DNA of 64,000 nt, taken from a bacterium. Lineage in GTDB: Bacteria; Cyanobacteriota; Vampirovibrionia; Gastranaerophilales; JBAXKC01. Below, in pieces: positions 1 to 9,081 of the stretch. The stretch is from the NCBI GenBank assembly GCA_037137535.1, contig JBAXKC010000004.1, forward strand, positions 49,675 through 113,674. Direction: 5' to 3'. The notes under the pieces were generated by a model. That model was not told where the DNA came from. It did no database searches and saw nothing but the letters and a program-made list of their open reading frames with translations. Within the stretch, counting starts at the first letter, position 1; every line of letters begins with the position of its first letter. Both the position numbers and the translations under genes were made by a program.

Positions 1-731
1 GCTCAGGCCTTGGTGATTTTGCTGAAAAAATCAACGGTGTAAGAATAAATTTTTCTGACATTCCCGGATTTGCAGCATCTTCAGTGGCAGGACATGCAGG
101 AAAGCTAATTATAGGGGAATTATTCGGCAAACATGTTCTTGCGATGCAAGGAAGATTTCATTTTTATGAAGGTCACTCCCTTGAAAAAGTTATCTACCCT
201 ATCAGAATAATGAAACTTCTCGGAATTAAAAACCTTATCGTTACAAACGCAGCCGGTGGTGTAAATACAGAATATAAACCCGGTGATCTTATGGTAATTA
301 ATGACCATATTAACTTCATAGGAACAAATCCATTAATCGGCAAAAACTTTGATGAATTTGGACCTAGATTCCCCGATATGTCAAAAGCATACGCTGATAG
401 TCTGATTGAACTTGCTAACAAATCAGGTGAAAAACTTGGTATTAAATTGCAAAACGGTGTATATGCTGCTCTTACCGGACCATCATACGAAACACCTGCT
501 GAAATAAGAATGCTTAGACTTTTAGGAGCTGATGCCGTTGGAATGTCAACTGTTCCTGAAGTTATAGCAGCTAATCACTGCGGAATGAACGTACTGGGCA
601 TTTCCTGCATAACAAACATGGCTTGTGGCATTTTAGACCAACCTTTAAACCATGAAGAAGTTATTGAAACATCAAACATGGCAAAAGCTTCTTTCATCGG
701 GCTAATAAGTGAAGTAATAAAAAATATTTAA
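1..731 (+). CDS. punA: Purine nucleoside phosphorylase (trimeric PNP family), 5'-truncated by the window edge
   Basis: Frame is open from position 3 (SGLGDFAE...). Motifs QGRFHFYEG, TNAAGG, GPSYETPAE, GADAVGMSTVPE and SCITN are present. Confidence 0.95.
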   Translation, partial: SGLGDFAEKINGVRINFSDIPGFAASSVAGHAGKLIIGELFGKHVLAMQGRFHFYEGHSLEKVIYPIRIMKLLGIKNLIVTNAAGGVNTEYKPGDLMVINDHINFIGTNPLIGKNFDEFGPRFPDMSKAYADSLIELANKSGEKLGIKLQNGVYAALTGPSYETPAEIRMLRLLGADAVGMSTVPEVIAANHCGMNVLGISCITNMACGILDQPLNHEEVIETSNMAKASFIGLISEVIKNI

Positions 732-759
732 GTTTTGTAAACTTATTAATATAAAATCC

Positions 760-786
760 TAAAGTTTTAAGGAGAGAGGTCGATAA
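760..786 (+). promoter_or_regulatory. Sigma-28 (FliA)-type promoter, copy 1
   Basis: TAAAGTTT at 760, 15-nt spacer after TAAA, GTCGATAA at 779-786 (one mismatch to GCCGATAA). Confidence 0.8.
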
Positions 787-793
787 ATAATAT

Positions 794-879
794 ATAGACC
801 AAACAAATGGTCATACCCCAACCTCCTCCCCAAAGTCTGGTAGCCGCCCAAAAAGGTGGCTTTTATTTTGCCTTTTTTT
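794..879 (+). ncRNA. Candidate sigma-28-dependent sRNA, copy 1
   Basis: Hairpin GACCA-aacaaa-TGGTC, C-rich tract CCCCAACCTCCTCCCC (816-831), terminator AGCCGCC-caaaaa-GGTGGCT followed by T tracts. Ends are estimated. Confidence 0.7.
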
Positions 880-920
880 AGACTCGCATTAAGTTTTGTT
901 AACAAACTAAAATAAAACCC

Positions 921-947
921 TAAAGTTTTTTAAAAAACTGCCGATAA
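921..947 (+). promoter_or_regulatory. Sigma-28 (FliA)-type promoter, copy 2
   Basis: Perfect TAAA-N15-GCCGATAA with the extended -35 TAAAGTTT. Confidence 0.88.
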
Positions 948-954
948 ATATTAC

Positions 955-1040
955 ATAGACCAAACAAATGGTCATACCCCAACCTCCTCCCCAAAGTCTG
1001 GTAGCCGCCCAATAAGGTGGCTTTTATTTTGCCTTTTTTT
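955..1040 (+). ncRNA. Candidate sigma-28-dependent sRNA, copy 2
   Basis: Same core as copy 1; terminator loop is CAATAA. Confidence 0.7.
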
Positions 1041-1081
1041 AGACTCGCATTAAGTTTTGTTAACAAACTAAAATAAAACCC

Positions 1082-1108
1082 TAAAGTTTTTTAAAAAACT
1101 GCCGATAA
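1082..1108 (+). promoter_or_regulatory. Sigma-28 (FliA)-type promoter, copy 3
   Basis: Perfect TAAA-N15-GCCGATAA. Confidence 0.88.
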
Positions 1109-1115
1109 ATATTAC

Positions 1116-1201
1116 ATAGACCAAACAAATGGTCATACCCCAACCTCCTCCCCAAAGTCTGGTAGCCGCCCAATAAGGTGGCTTTTATTTTGCGTTTTTT
1201 T
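1116..1201 (+). ncRNA. Candidate sigma-28-dependent sRNA, copy 3
   Basis: Same core as copy 2. Confidence 0.7.
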
Positions 1202-1372
1202 ATACAAATATCATGCCAAATACATAGTGATTAAACTGTTTTTTACAATATAACTACTTAAATTATAGATATAAGACAAAAAAGGATATCTTGTAAAATC
1301 ATGGACAATTATTTTATACAATAATTAGAGCAACTACTAATTGTTTTTAAACCAACTAATAGGAGAAAAATA

Positions 1373-2089
1373 ATGGCATTTAAAATGGAAAAAATGACAG
1401 AAGCAGATATAGCGTACTATAACTCATTTGAATTTAAAAACGTTGCTTTTGGCAGTATAAAATATGACCCTCCGTTATTACCTCCACCACGAAACTTTGT
1501 AGTTGAGGAGGGGGTAGGAATAAGCACAACTGCTTGGATCGTAGATAAAGAACGCAATGCATTTGTACGAGGAGTAGGAGGTGGGGGACATGGAATGCCT
1601 GAATTTCAAGTCCTTGTATGGAACGGTGACGTAATAATATGTTCTTTTTATGAAAAATATACGAAGAATCTTAAGGAGTTTAATTTCTGGTGGATTCAAG
1701 CACCAAAGCACCTTCAGAGCGAAGAAAACAGTAAAGAAATAATAAATATGATAAAAGAAGCTCTTATTCTTGAAGGTACAGGAATTAGCATACCGGCAGG
1801 CGCTTTAAATGATCAAGATTATGCCTGGCTTTACTCTATAGAGTTTAATAATGAAAAACCTTTGACTGGGCTTGTTTCTACAAAAGAATTGAAAAAAGAC
1901 GACCCTGAAATAAAAAGTAAAATAAAGCAGGTACTTGAGAAGTGTATAAATAATCCTGACGTTCCTCAAGATTTATTAGAAACTCAAAATTATTCATTAA
2001 AACCAAAAAAATTCACTTTTAATGAAATGGGAGTAGGATTCCGCCTTAATCCTCAAGATTATAAAAATAATTATATGCTTAGGGATTAA
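1373..2089 (+). CDS. Hypothetical protein
   Basis: 238-aa ORF with AGGAG RBS at about 1361. No recognised family. Confidence 0.75.
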   Translation: MAFKMEKMTEADIAYYNSFEFKNVAFGSIKYDPPLLPPPRNFVVEEGVGISTTAWIVDKERNAFVRGVGGGGHGMPEFQVLVWNGDVIICSFYEKYTKNLKEFNFWWIQAPKHLQSEENSKEIINMIKEALILEGTGISIPAGALNDQDYAWLYSIEFNNEKPLTGLVSTKELKKDDPEIKSKIKQVLEKCINNPDVPQDLLETQNYSLKPKKFTFNEMGVGFRLNPQDYKNNYMLRD

Positions 2090-2130
2090 ATTACAGACTA
2101 AAAAGAATTGATTTGTAAATAATATCAATC

Positions 2131-4749
2131 TTAAAACTTTTTTAACTTTGCAAATTTAGCATCTAAAGGCTTTAAACCTAATTTACCAAAATCAATATTA
2201 TACATAATGTCCGACCCAAACTCTAAAACCTCTTTAACAGAGCCTATTCCGTATTTTTCATGAAAAACTCTATCACCTGCGTTAAAAAGCTCAAGTTTTT
2301 CTTCTTTTTCAATAGTAGCAACATATTGTTCTGCTTTTTGTTGAATACCAAGTTGAAGCTGAAGATTTTCCGTCAAATGAGGTTTAACTTCTTCTAAGGA
2401 AGCCGCTTTAGGCTGTGAAGGAAGTTCTTTTTTCTCCTGTATTTTTTGTGTTAATTTAACAGGCTCAGGAGTTTTTTGAACGAAACTACTTTTAACAACA
2501 GGCTTTACAGGAGTTGGAGGTTTAAAGGCAGGGAGCTTATTAGTTGAACTAATAGGGGAATTAATATTATTTGAAGGTGCTTTATTCGCGGATTTAGGAG
2601 GAACAAAACTTTTTCCAAACCCTGACGATGAAGGTAATTTTTCATAAGACGATGACAAAGGTTTGAAGCCACCACCAAAAGAACCTGACGGCTCAACTTT
2701 TCCATAATTATTTTCATAAGCGGATTTATGCCCATAAGAAGAATTAGCTTGCTCATTATTACGTCTTGAAGTAGAACCTCTGCTCATATCAGCTTCAAAA
2801 AGATGCTCTGGAATTTCTTCTAAAAATCTACTCTTAGTGTAATATTTGTAATCACCATAAATAAGTCTTCTCTTTGCGTTAGTCATATAAAGAAGGTCTT
2901 CAGCTCTTGTTATACCTACATACATCAAGCGTCTTTCTTCTTCCATTTCATTTGTATCGTTTAATGAACGGGAATGAGGGAATATTCCTTCTTCAAGACC
3001 TGCTAAAAAGACAGCAGGAAATTCAAGACCTTTTGCCGCATGAAGTGTCATAAGAGTAACGCTTTCTTTTTCTTCTTCGAGCTGGTCAATATCGCTTACA
3101 AGAGCAACTTGAGAAAGAAACTCACCAAGATCATTACCGTTTTCTGTCTGTTCAAAGTTTCTGGCAACACTTACAAATTCCTGCAAGTTTTCAATTCTGC
3201 TTTCGGCTTCGTCTGTACCTTCTTCTTTCAGTTCATTAATATAACCTGTCGATTCAATTAAAGAAGCAATAAATTCGCTTAAACGCATTGTATTAAGTTT
3301 TTCTCTATATCCTGCAATTATTTTTGCAAAATCTTTTAATGCCTTTACTGTTTTTGCAGAGAAATTTTCTTCTTCCTCAATATTTTCAACAATGGAAAAA
3401 ACGGTAGATTTCTTTGCTTTTGCTTTTTCATCAAGTTTTTTGATAGTTGTAGCACCGATAGAGCGTGCCGGAACATTAATTATTCTTTTTAAACTCTGTG
3501 AATCATTGGTGTTATATATTAATTTAAGATAAGAAACAATATCTTTAATTTCTTTTCGCTCATAGAACTTCATCCCACCAACCATAGTATAAGGAATACT
3601 TTTGGACATGAACGCTTCTTCTATAACACGACTTTGTGCGTTTGTTCTGTATAATACGACACAATCCTTGTATTTATAGCCGTTTACAAGCAAATCTCTT
3701 ATTTTACCTACAAGATAATATGCTTCTTCCTGTTCGTCATTAGCTTCAAAATAGCGTATGCTCTTACCTTTACCCTTATTTGAAACAAGCTTTTTATCAA
3801 TCCTTTGGCTGTTATTTTGAATAACATAATTCGCAGCCTGAAGAATTGTATCGGTAGAACGGTAATTTTGCTCAAGTTTAATAATGTCGGAAGTAGGATA
3901 ATCTCTCTGAAAATTAAGAATAATCTTATAATCAGCACCACGCCAGCTGTAAATAGATTGGTCGACATCACCTACTACGCATAAACTTCTTTTTTTGAAG
4001 TCAGGCTTTTCATTTCCACCTGAAAATAAACTTGAAATAAGTCTGTATTGCGCAAGGTTAGTATCCTGATACTCGTCAACCAGTATATGTTTAAATCTGT
4101 TATGATATTTCTGCAAAACTTCCGGACATTTAGTAAGCAAATTTACAGACATTAAAAGTAAATCATCAAAATCTAAAGCGTTATTGGTTGATAACATTTG
4201 CTCATAGGTAATATAAAGCTTTGAAATTATTTCAGCTCTATAGTCTTTAGCTTTTGTAGCATAAGTAAAGGCATTCTGCATTTTATTTTTTGCCATACTT
4301 ATAGCCGCTTGAACCATTTTAGGCTGATAAACCTTCTCATCGAGATTATCAGCTTTTATTGCCTGTTTAATAAGACTTGAACTGTCATTTGAGTCAAAAA
4401 TAACAAAGTTTTTTTGCCATGTCTGACCATCTTCATTTTTATAATTTTCTATATCATATCTTAAAATACGCCCGCAAATATTGTGAAACGTACCTACCCA
4501 AAGATTTTTAACTATATCTTCACCTAAAATAGCGGTAAGACGAGATTTCATTTCTTTTGCAGCTTTATTGGTAAAGGTTACCGCCAAAATTTCATGCGGA
4601 TTAACGCCCTTTTTAATTAAATAAGCGATTCTACTTGTTAATACTTTTGTTTTTCCGCTTCCTGCACCTGCAAGAACCAGCAAAGCACCTTCATCATGAG
4701 CTACTGCTTCTTTTTGTTGGGGATTTAACCCGTTTATAATCTCTTCCAT
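2131..4749 (-). CDS. pcrA: ATP-dependent DNA helicase PcrA/UvrD
   Basis: AGAGSGKT, TFTNKAA, DEYQD, GDVDQSIYSWRGA, LEQNYRS, TLHAAKGLEF and EERRLMYVGITRA. Long S/P/K-rich linker before a C-terminal Tudor-like domain. Confidence 0.96.
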   Translation of the reverse strand: MEEIINGLNPQQKEAVAHDEGALLVLAGAGSGKTKVLTSRIAYLIKKGVNPHEILAVTFTNKAAKEMKSRLTAILGEDIVKNLWVGTFHNICGRILRYDIENYKNEDGQTWQKNFVIFDSNDSSSLIKQAIKADNLDEKVYQPKMVQAAISMAKNKMQNAFTYATKAKDYRAEIISKLYITYEQMLSTNNALDFDDLLLMSVNLLTKCPEVLQKYHNRFKHILVDEYQDTNLAQYRLISSLFSGGNEKPDFKKRSLCVVGDVDQSIYSWRGADYKIILNFQRDYPTSDIIKLEQNYRSTDTILQAANYVIQNNSQRIDKKLVSNKGKGKSIRYFEANDEQEEAYYLVGKIRDLLVNGYKYKDCVVLYRTNAQSRVIEEAFMSKSIPYTMVGGMKFYERKEIKDIVSYLKLIYNTNDSQSLKRIINVPARSIGATTIKKLDEKAKAKKSTVFSIVENIEEEENFSAKTVKALKDFAKIIAGYREKLNTMRLSEFIASLIESTGYINELKEEGTDEAESRIENLQEFVSVARNFEQTENGNDLGEFLSQVALVSDIDQLEEEKESVTLMTLHAAKGLEFPAVFLAGLEEGIFPHSRSLNDTNEMEEERRLMYVGITRAEDLLYMTNAKRRLIYGDYKYYTKSRFLEEIPEHLFEADMSRGSTSRRNNEQANSSYGHKSAYENNYGKVEPSGSFGGGFKPLSSSYEKLPSSSGFGKSFVPPKSANKAPSNNINSPISSTNKLPAFKPPTPVKPVVKSSFVQKTPEPVKLTQKIQEKKELPSQPKAASLEEVKPHLTENLQLQLGIQQKAEQYVATIEKEEKLELFNAGDRVFHEKYGIGSVKEVLEFGSDIMYNIDFGKLGLKPLDAKFAKLKKF

Positions 4750-5077
4750 TCATCCTACCTGATTTATATTTAAAGAATTAGGTCTATTATAAAACAGACA
4801 TGCTGATATTTTTTTTAATTATATATTTTATTAACTTAAAAAACAGAAGTCATAAATATAATAGAATTCAGCTAATACGAAGTAAACAAAGAATTAATCA
4901 AAGAAAATAGATGCTAAATATAAAACTATTTTTCACTTACATTATGCAATATTTGAAAATATTTGTTTTTAATGGTTAAATAGTAGCTGTTCAATTAAGT
5001 TTTTTTCTTATAGAATAAATCTACTGAATTTTTATTGATTCCTTGTCTTGTAAGTAGTAAAAAATGAAGGATTAGCG

Positions 5078-5632
5078 ATGTCTGATAACAAAGAACATAA
5101 AACAATAATGGTACCTTTAGATGACTTAGACAGTCCTGATGACTCTGGTGATACTGTTGATCAATTAGCTCTTGAGCTTGCAACAATTCAACAGACTGCA
5201 AAAAAAATTGCGATGATCGGTAGCAGAAACCTTCCGATTACTCATCAGCAAATTATTGAAACACTATCATTTGCACTTGCAGTTCAAGGAAATCTTGTAA
5301 TAACCAGCGGCGGTTCAAGTGGTACTAACGCAGCGGCAATCAGAGGAGCAATGAAGGCAGATCCTTCAAAACTTAAAGTTATTCTTCCTCAAACAATCGG
5401 TCAACAGCCATCTGATGTTCAAGACCAATTAATTGGTATTCCTAATATTGTCGAACATCCTGACAGAGCTATGATGACTCTTGCAGATGCAAGCCGTATC
5501 TGTAACAGAGAAATCATTGACGATTGCCAGCAACTAATCTGCTTCTTATCACACACCAGCGGAACTTTACATAAAGCTATCGCTTACGCTGAAGATACTC
5601 ATAAAGTAGTTACCGTATTCTACTTAGATTAG
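5078..5632 (+). CDS. DprA/Smf-like SLOG-fold protein of the short cyanobacterial type
   Basis: ELATIQQ..KKIAMIGSR, ITSGGSSGTNAAAIRGA, VILPQ and CNREII resemble the cyanobacterial 'DNA processing/recombination mediator' family. Confidence 0.7.
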   Translation: MSDNKEHKTIMVPLDDLDSPDDSGDTVDQLALELATIQQTAKKIAMIGSRNLPITHQQIIETLSFALAVQGNLVITSGGSSGTNAAAIRGAMKADPSKLKVILPQTIGQQPSDVQDQLIGIPNIVEHPDRAMMTLADASRICNREIIDDCQQLICFLSHTSGTLHKAIAYAEDTHKVVTVFYLD

Positions 5633-5728
5633 TTTGATTTATAATTAATAATAATTCTATAATAGTGTAGTTATTTAGCTACACTATTTAGTACATAAAA
5701 ACAAAATTAACAATAAAGGCAAAATTAA

Positions 5729-6895
5729 ATGGAAACAAAAGAAATTTGTACTGAGATTGACTTATCAAAAAGTATTGGGATTGTAGAAACAAAATATTTT
5801 ACCTATGAAGGCAAAATTAAATTTGAAAGCGGAGTTGAATTCGGGCCTATTACTATTGCCTATGAAACTTACGGAGAATTAAACAGCGAACGAAATAACA
5901 CTATCATGGTATTTCACGCACTATCAGGAGACGCCCACGCAGCAGGTTATTATGAAGAAGATAAAAAACCGGGTTGGTGGGATGACATGATAGGCCCCGG
6001 GAAAGCCTTTGATACAAACAAATATTTTGTAATCTGTTCAAACTTTTTAGGTGGATGCAAAGGAACAACAGGTCCTTCTTCCATTAATCCCGAAACAGGA
6101 AAACCTTACGGAACAGACTTTCCAATGATTACCATCGGAGATATGGTAAAATGCCAGAAAAAACTTATTGAATACTTAGAAATTCCTTCAATATTATGTG
6201 TTGCAGGTGGTTCGATGGGTGGAATGCAAGCTATGGAATGGACTGCAACCTATCCTGATATGGTTAAATCAACAATTGTAATTGCTTCAACCAGTCGACT
6301 GTCTACTCAAAGCATAGCCTTTAATGAAGTAGGAAGAAACGCAATTATTTCAGACCCAGAATGGAATAACGGAAACTATTATGAAAACACCGTACCCTCA
6401 AGGGGGCTGTCAATAGCAAGGATGATCGGACATATTACCTATTTAAGCCAAGAATCAATGCACGAAAAATTTGGAAGAAGACTTCAAGATAAAACCCATT
6501 TAGACTTTAGTTTTGATATAGATTTTCAAGTGGAAAGCTATTTAAGACACCAAGGGAAAACCTTTGTTCAAAGGTTTGATGCTAATAGCTATCTCTATAT
6601 CACAAGAGCTATGGACTATTTTGACCTTCAAGCAAAATATGGAAGTCTTGCAAAAGCCTTTAACGAATCAAACTCAAAATTCTTAGTAATTTCTTATACG
6701 TCTGACTGGTTATTCACTCCAAATCAATCTAAAGAAATTGTAAGTGCTTTAATGAATGCGGATAAAGAAGTTTCTTATGTAAATATTGACTCTCCATACG
6801 GACATGATGCATTTTTACTTGAAGAAAAAGTTCAAACAAAGATAATTAACGGTTTTTTAAATGATATTTCATCAAAAATATTATCCGAAGTTTAG
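5729..6895 (+). CDS. metX: Homoserine O-acetyltransferase
   Basis: [27 protein letters not shown] nucleophile motif, FDANSY and GHDAFLLE. Confidence 0.96.
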   Translation: METKEICTEIDLSKSIGIVETKYFTYEGKIKFESGVEFGPITIAYETYGELNSERNNTIMVFHALSGDAHAAGYYEEDKKPGWWDDMIGPGKAFDTNKYFVICSNFLGGCKGTTGPSSINPETGKPYGTDFPMITIGDMVKCQKKLIEYLEIPSILCVAGGSMGGMQAMEWTATYPDMVKSTIVIASTSRLSTQSIAFNEVGRNAIISDPEWNNGNYYENTVPSRGLSIARMIGHITYLSQESMHEKFGRRLQDKTHLDFSFDIDFQVESYLRHQGKTFVQRFDANSYLYITRAMDYFDLQAKYGSLAKAFNESNSKFLVISYTSDWLFTPNQSKEIVSALMNADKEVSYVNIDSPYGHDAFLLEEKVQTKIINGFLNDISSKILSEV

Positions 6896-6906
6896 GCGGT
6901 AAGAAA

Positions 6907-7545
6907 ATGAAAAAGAAAAAAATCAGCGAACATTACTTAAAATCTAAAGGCTTACATCTAAATTATTCTATAATTTCAGACCTCATCGAAAAAAATGCAA
7001 AAGTTTTAGATTTGGGTTGCGGCTCAGGCGAGCTTTTAAAACTCTTAAAAGAAAAGAAAAACATTTCGGGAAGAGGCATTGAGATTGATCAAGATAATGT
7101 AATTTCCTGCATAGAAAAAGGAATTTCAGTATTTCAGGGCGATCTTGACGAAGGATTAGCCGAATATGAAGAAAAAGCCTATGATTATGTAGTTTTAAGC
7201 CAGACATTACAATGGACGAAAAAACCTGATTATGTAATAGATGAAATGCTCAGAGTAGGGAAAAAAGGCGTTATAAGTTTTCCTAACTTTGCATACTGGC
7301 GAGTACGATGTCAGCTGTTTTTCGGAGGATTTATGCCAAAATCTAAAATGCTTCCGTTTGAATGGTTTAATACTCCAAACATTCACCTTTTAACAATTAA
7401 TGATTTTAGAAAATTCTGCAAAGAAAGAAATATTAAAATTATTGATGAAAGCTATACAACCCGTGCTTGCGTAAGAAACGGATTTTTCCATAAATTATTG
7501 TCAAATATATTTGCAGAAGAGGTAATATTCATTGTTACAAGATAA
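6907..7545 (+). CDS. metW: Methionine biosynthesis protein MetW
   Basis: VLDLGCGSG, VVLSQTLQ, SFPNFAYW and WFNTPNIH; directly follows metX. Confidence 0.93.
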   Translation: MKKKKISEHYLKSKGLHLNYSIISDLIEKNAKVLDLGCGSGELLKLLKEKKNISGRGIEIDQDNVISCIEKGISVFQGDLDEGLAEYEEKAYDYVVLSQTLQWTKKPDYVIDEMLRVGKKGVISFPNFAYWRVRCQLFFGGFMPKSKMLPFEWFNTPNIHLLTINDFRKFCKERNIKIIDESYTTRACVRNGFFHKLLSNIFAEEVIFIVTR

Positions 7546-8974
7546 TAAAATAGAAATAAACAATGCTATAACAAGCATAGAAGAAGATGATGACACACAA
7601 TTCAGTAAATCTCTAGGGATTTTTGATGCAGTTGCAATTATTTCAGGCTCAATGATAGGCTCAGGTATTTTTATAGTATCTGCTGAAACTTTAAGACAGA
7701 TACAATCACCTGTTCTATTACTCATTATATGGGCTATTACAGGAATTATGAGTATAGCAGGCGGTCTTTGCTTTGGTGAGCTTGCAGTCAGATTCCCTGA
7801 AGCGGGAGGACAATATGTTTACCTTAAAAAAGCGTGGGGTAATCTTGTCGGTTTCCTTTACGGATGGACTTTTTTCCTCGTAATAGAATCAGGAGCAATA
7901 GCGGCTGTTTCTGTTGCTTTTGCCAAATTCATAGGAAGAGTTCTACCTTTTATTTCAACTAAACACTATTTATTACATTCAAACATTATAAATATTTCAT
8001 ATGTCCAAGTGCTGGCAATAGCCTTAATCTTCTTGATTACCTACATCAACATGCAGGGGGTTCAATGGGGAGCTTTAGTTCAAAAAGTATTCACAAGTAC
8101 AAAAATTGTAGCGTTGGTTGCAATTCTTATTTGCGGATTGACATTAGGGCTGAACATGGACGTTATAAGACATAACTTTTTAGAAATCCCTACTTTTCCA
8201 ACATTCCACATGAATATTTTCTCTGCAGTAGCAGCAGCACTTGTCGGAGCATTATTTGCGGCTGATTCTTGGAATAGCGGAACTTTCGTAGCAGCAGAAA
8301 TGAAAGAGCCGACTAAAGACCTTCCTAAAGCATTATTTTGGGGCATTTTAGCGGTAGTTAGCCTTTATTTCCTCACCAATGTAATCTATTTATCAGTTTT
8401 AAACGTTGAACAAATAAAAACAGCGGCTGAAGATATAGTTGGCATAGCCCTTATGAAACAAATCTTAGGCACACCGGGAATTATTGCAACAGCAATTGTA
8501 ATAGCCATTTCAGCTTTCGGAGCCGTAAACGGAATGGTTTTAACAGGCGCAAGAGTTTATTATGCAATGGCAAAAGACGGTTTATTTTTTAAAGGAATGG
8601 CAAAGCTAAATCACAAAACAGCCGTTCCACAAAATGCAATCATTGCTCAATGCATATGGGCAAGCTTTTTAACATTAAGCGGAAGTTTCTCACAATTACT
8701 TGATTATGTAATATTTGCAGCCTTATTCTTCTATATTCTTACAGTTGGCGGCTTATTTATAATCAGAAAAAAAGACAGCGAACCGTTTGATTATAAAGGC
8801 TCTTTCTATCCGTTCTTACCTGCATTATATTGCACATTAGCAGGATTTACGGCTGTAAACCTTTTAATATATAAGACAGAGTATTCTTTATACGGTTTAT
8901 TGATTATATTAAGCGGAGTACCGATTTATTTCTTCTGGAGATACAAGAATCGTAAGAAACTTAGCACTAAATAG
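7532..8974 (+). CDS. APC-family amino acid permease
   Basis: GSMIGSGIF and FPEAGGQYVYL, about 12 hydrophobic segments. TTG start overlaps metW; start uncertain. Confidence 0.92.
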   Translation: MLQDNKIEINNAITSIEEDDDTQFSKSLGIFDAVAIISGSMIGSGIFIVSAETLRQIQSPVLLLIIWAITGIMSIAGGLCFGELAVRFPEAGGQYVYLKKAWGNLVGFLYGWTFFLVIESGAIAAVSVAFAKFIGRVLPFISTKHYLLHSNIINISYVQVLAIALIFLITYINMQGVQWGALVQKVFTSTKIVALVAILICGLTLGLNMDVIRHNFLEIPTFPTFHMNIFSAVAAALVGALFAADSWNSGTFVAAEMKEPTKDLPKALFWGILAVVSLYFLTNVIYLSVLNVEQIKTAAEDIVGIALMKQILGTPGIIATAIVIAISAFGAVNGMVLTGARVYYAMAKDGLFFKGMAKLNHKTAVPQNAIIAQCIWASFLTLSGSFSQLLDYVIFAALFFYILTVGGLFIIRKKDSEPFDYKGSFYPFLPALYCTLAGFTAVNLLIYKTEYSLYGLLIILSGVPIYFFWRYKNRKKLSTK

Positions 8975-9081
8975 AAATTTAGATTAACTTTTGTAACAAT
9001 AATTAGTTTTCTAACATTAAAAAGACAAACGAACTCCCCCGAAATTGTTTATATACATGAGCATTAAACAAGGGGGAGTTC

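Larger units (their letters stand above)
728..1201 (+). repeat. Three tandem units with a 161-bp period (promoter + sRNA + terminator cassette)
   Basis: TAAAGTTT occurs at 760, 921 and 1082. The core is near-identical in all three, and units 2 and 3 are essentially identical. Confidence 0.97.

Noticed and set aside
794-879. 16S rRNA 3'-end fragment or tRNA
   Set aside because: Only ACCTCCT matches the anti-SD; there is no GGATC context, no helix 45 and no cloverleaf.
728-1201. CRISPR array interpretation of the tandem repeat
   Set aside because: The unit is 161 bp, the linkers between units are identical rather than unique spacers, each unit has its own promoter and terminator, and there are no cas genes in the window.
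5633-5728. SAM riboswitch or T-box upstream of metX
   Set aside because: Only 96 bp with a single simple hairpin (5661-5688); no SAM-I or T-box consensus.
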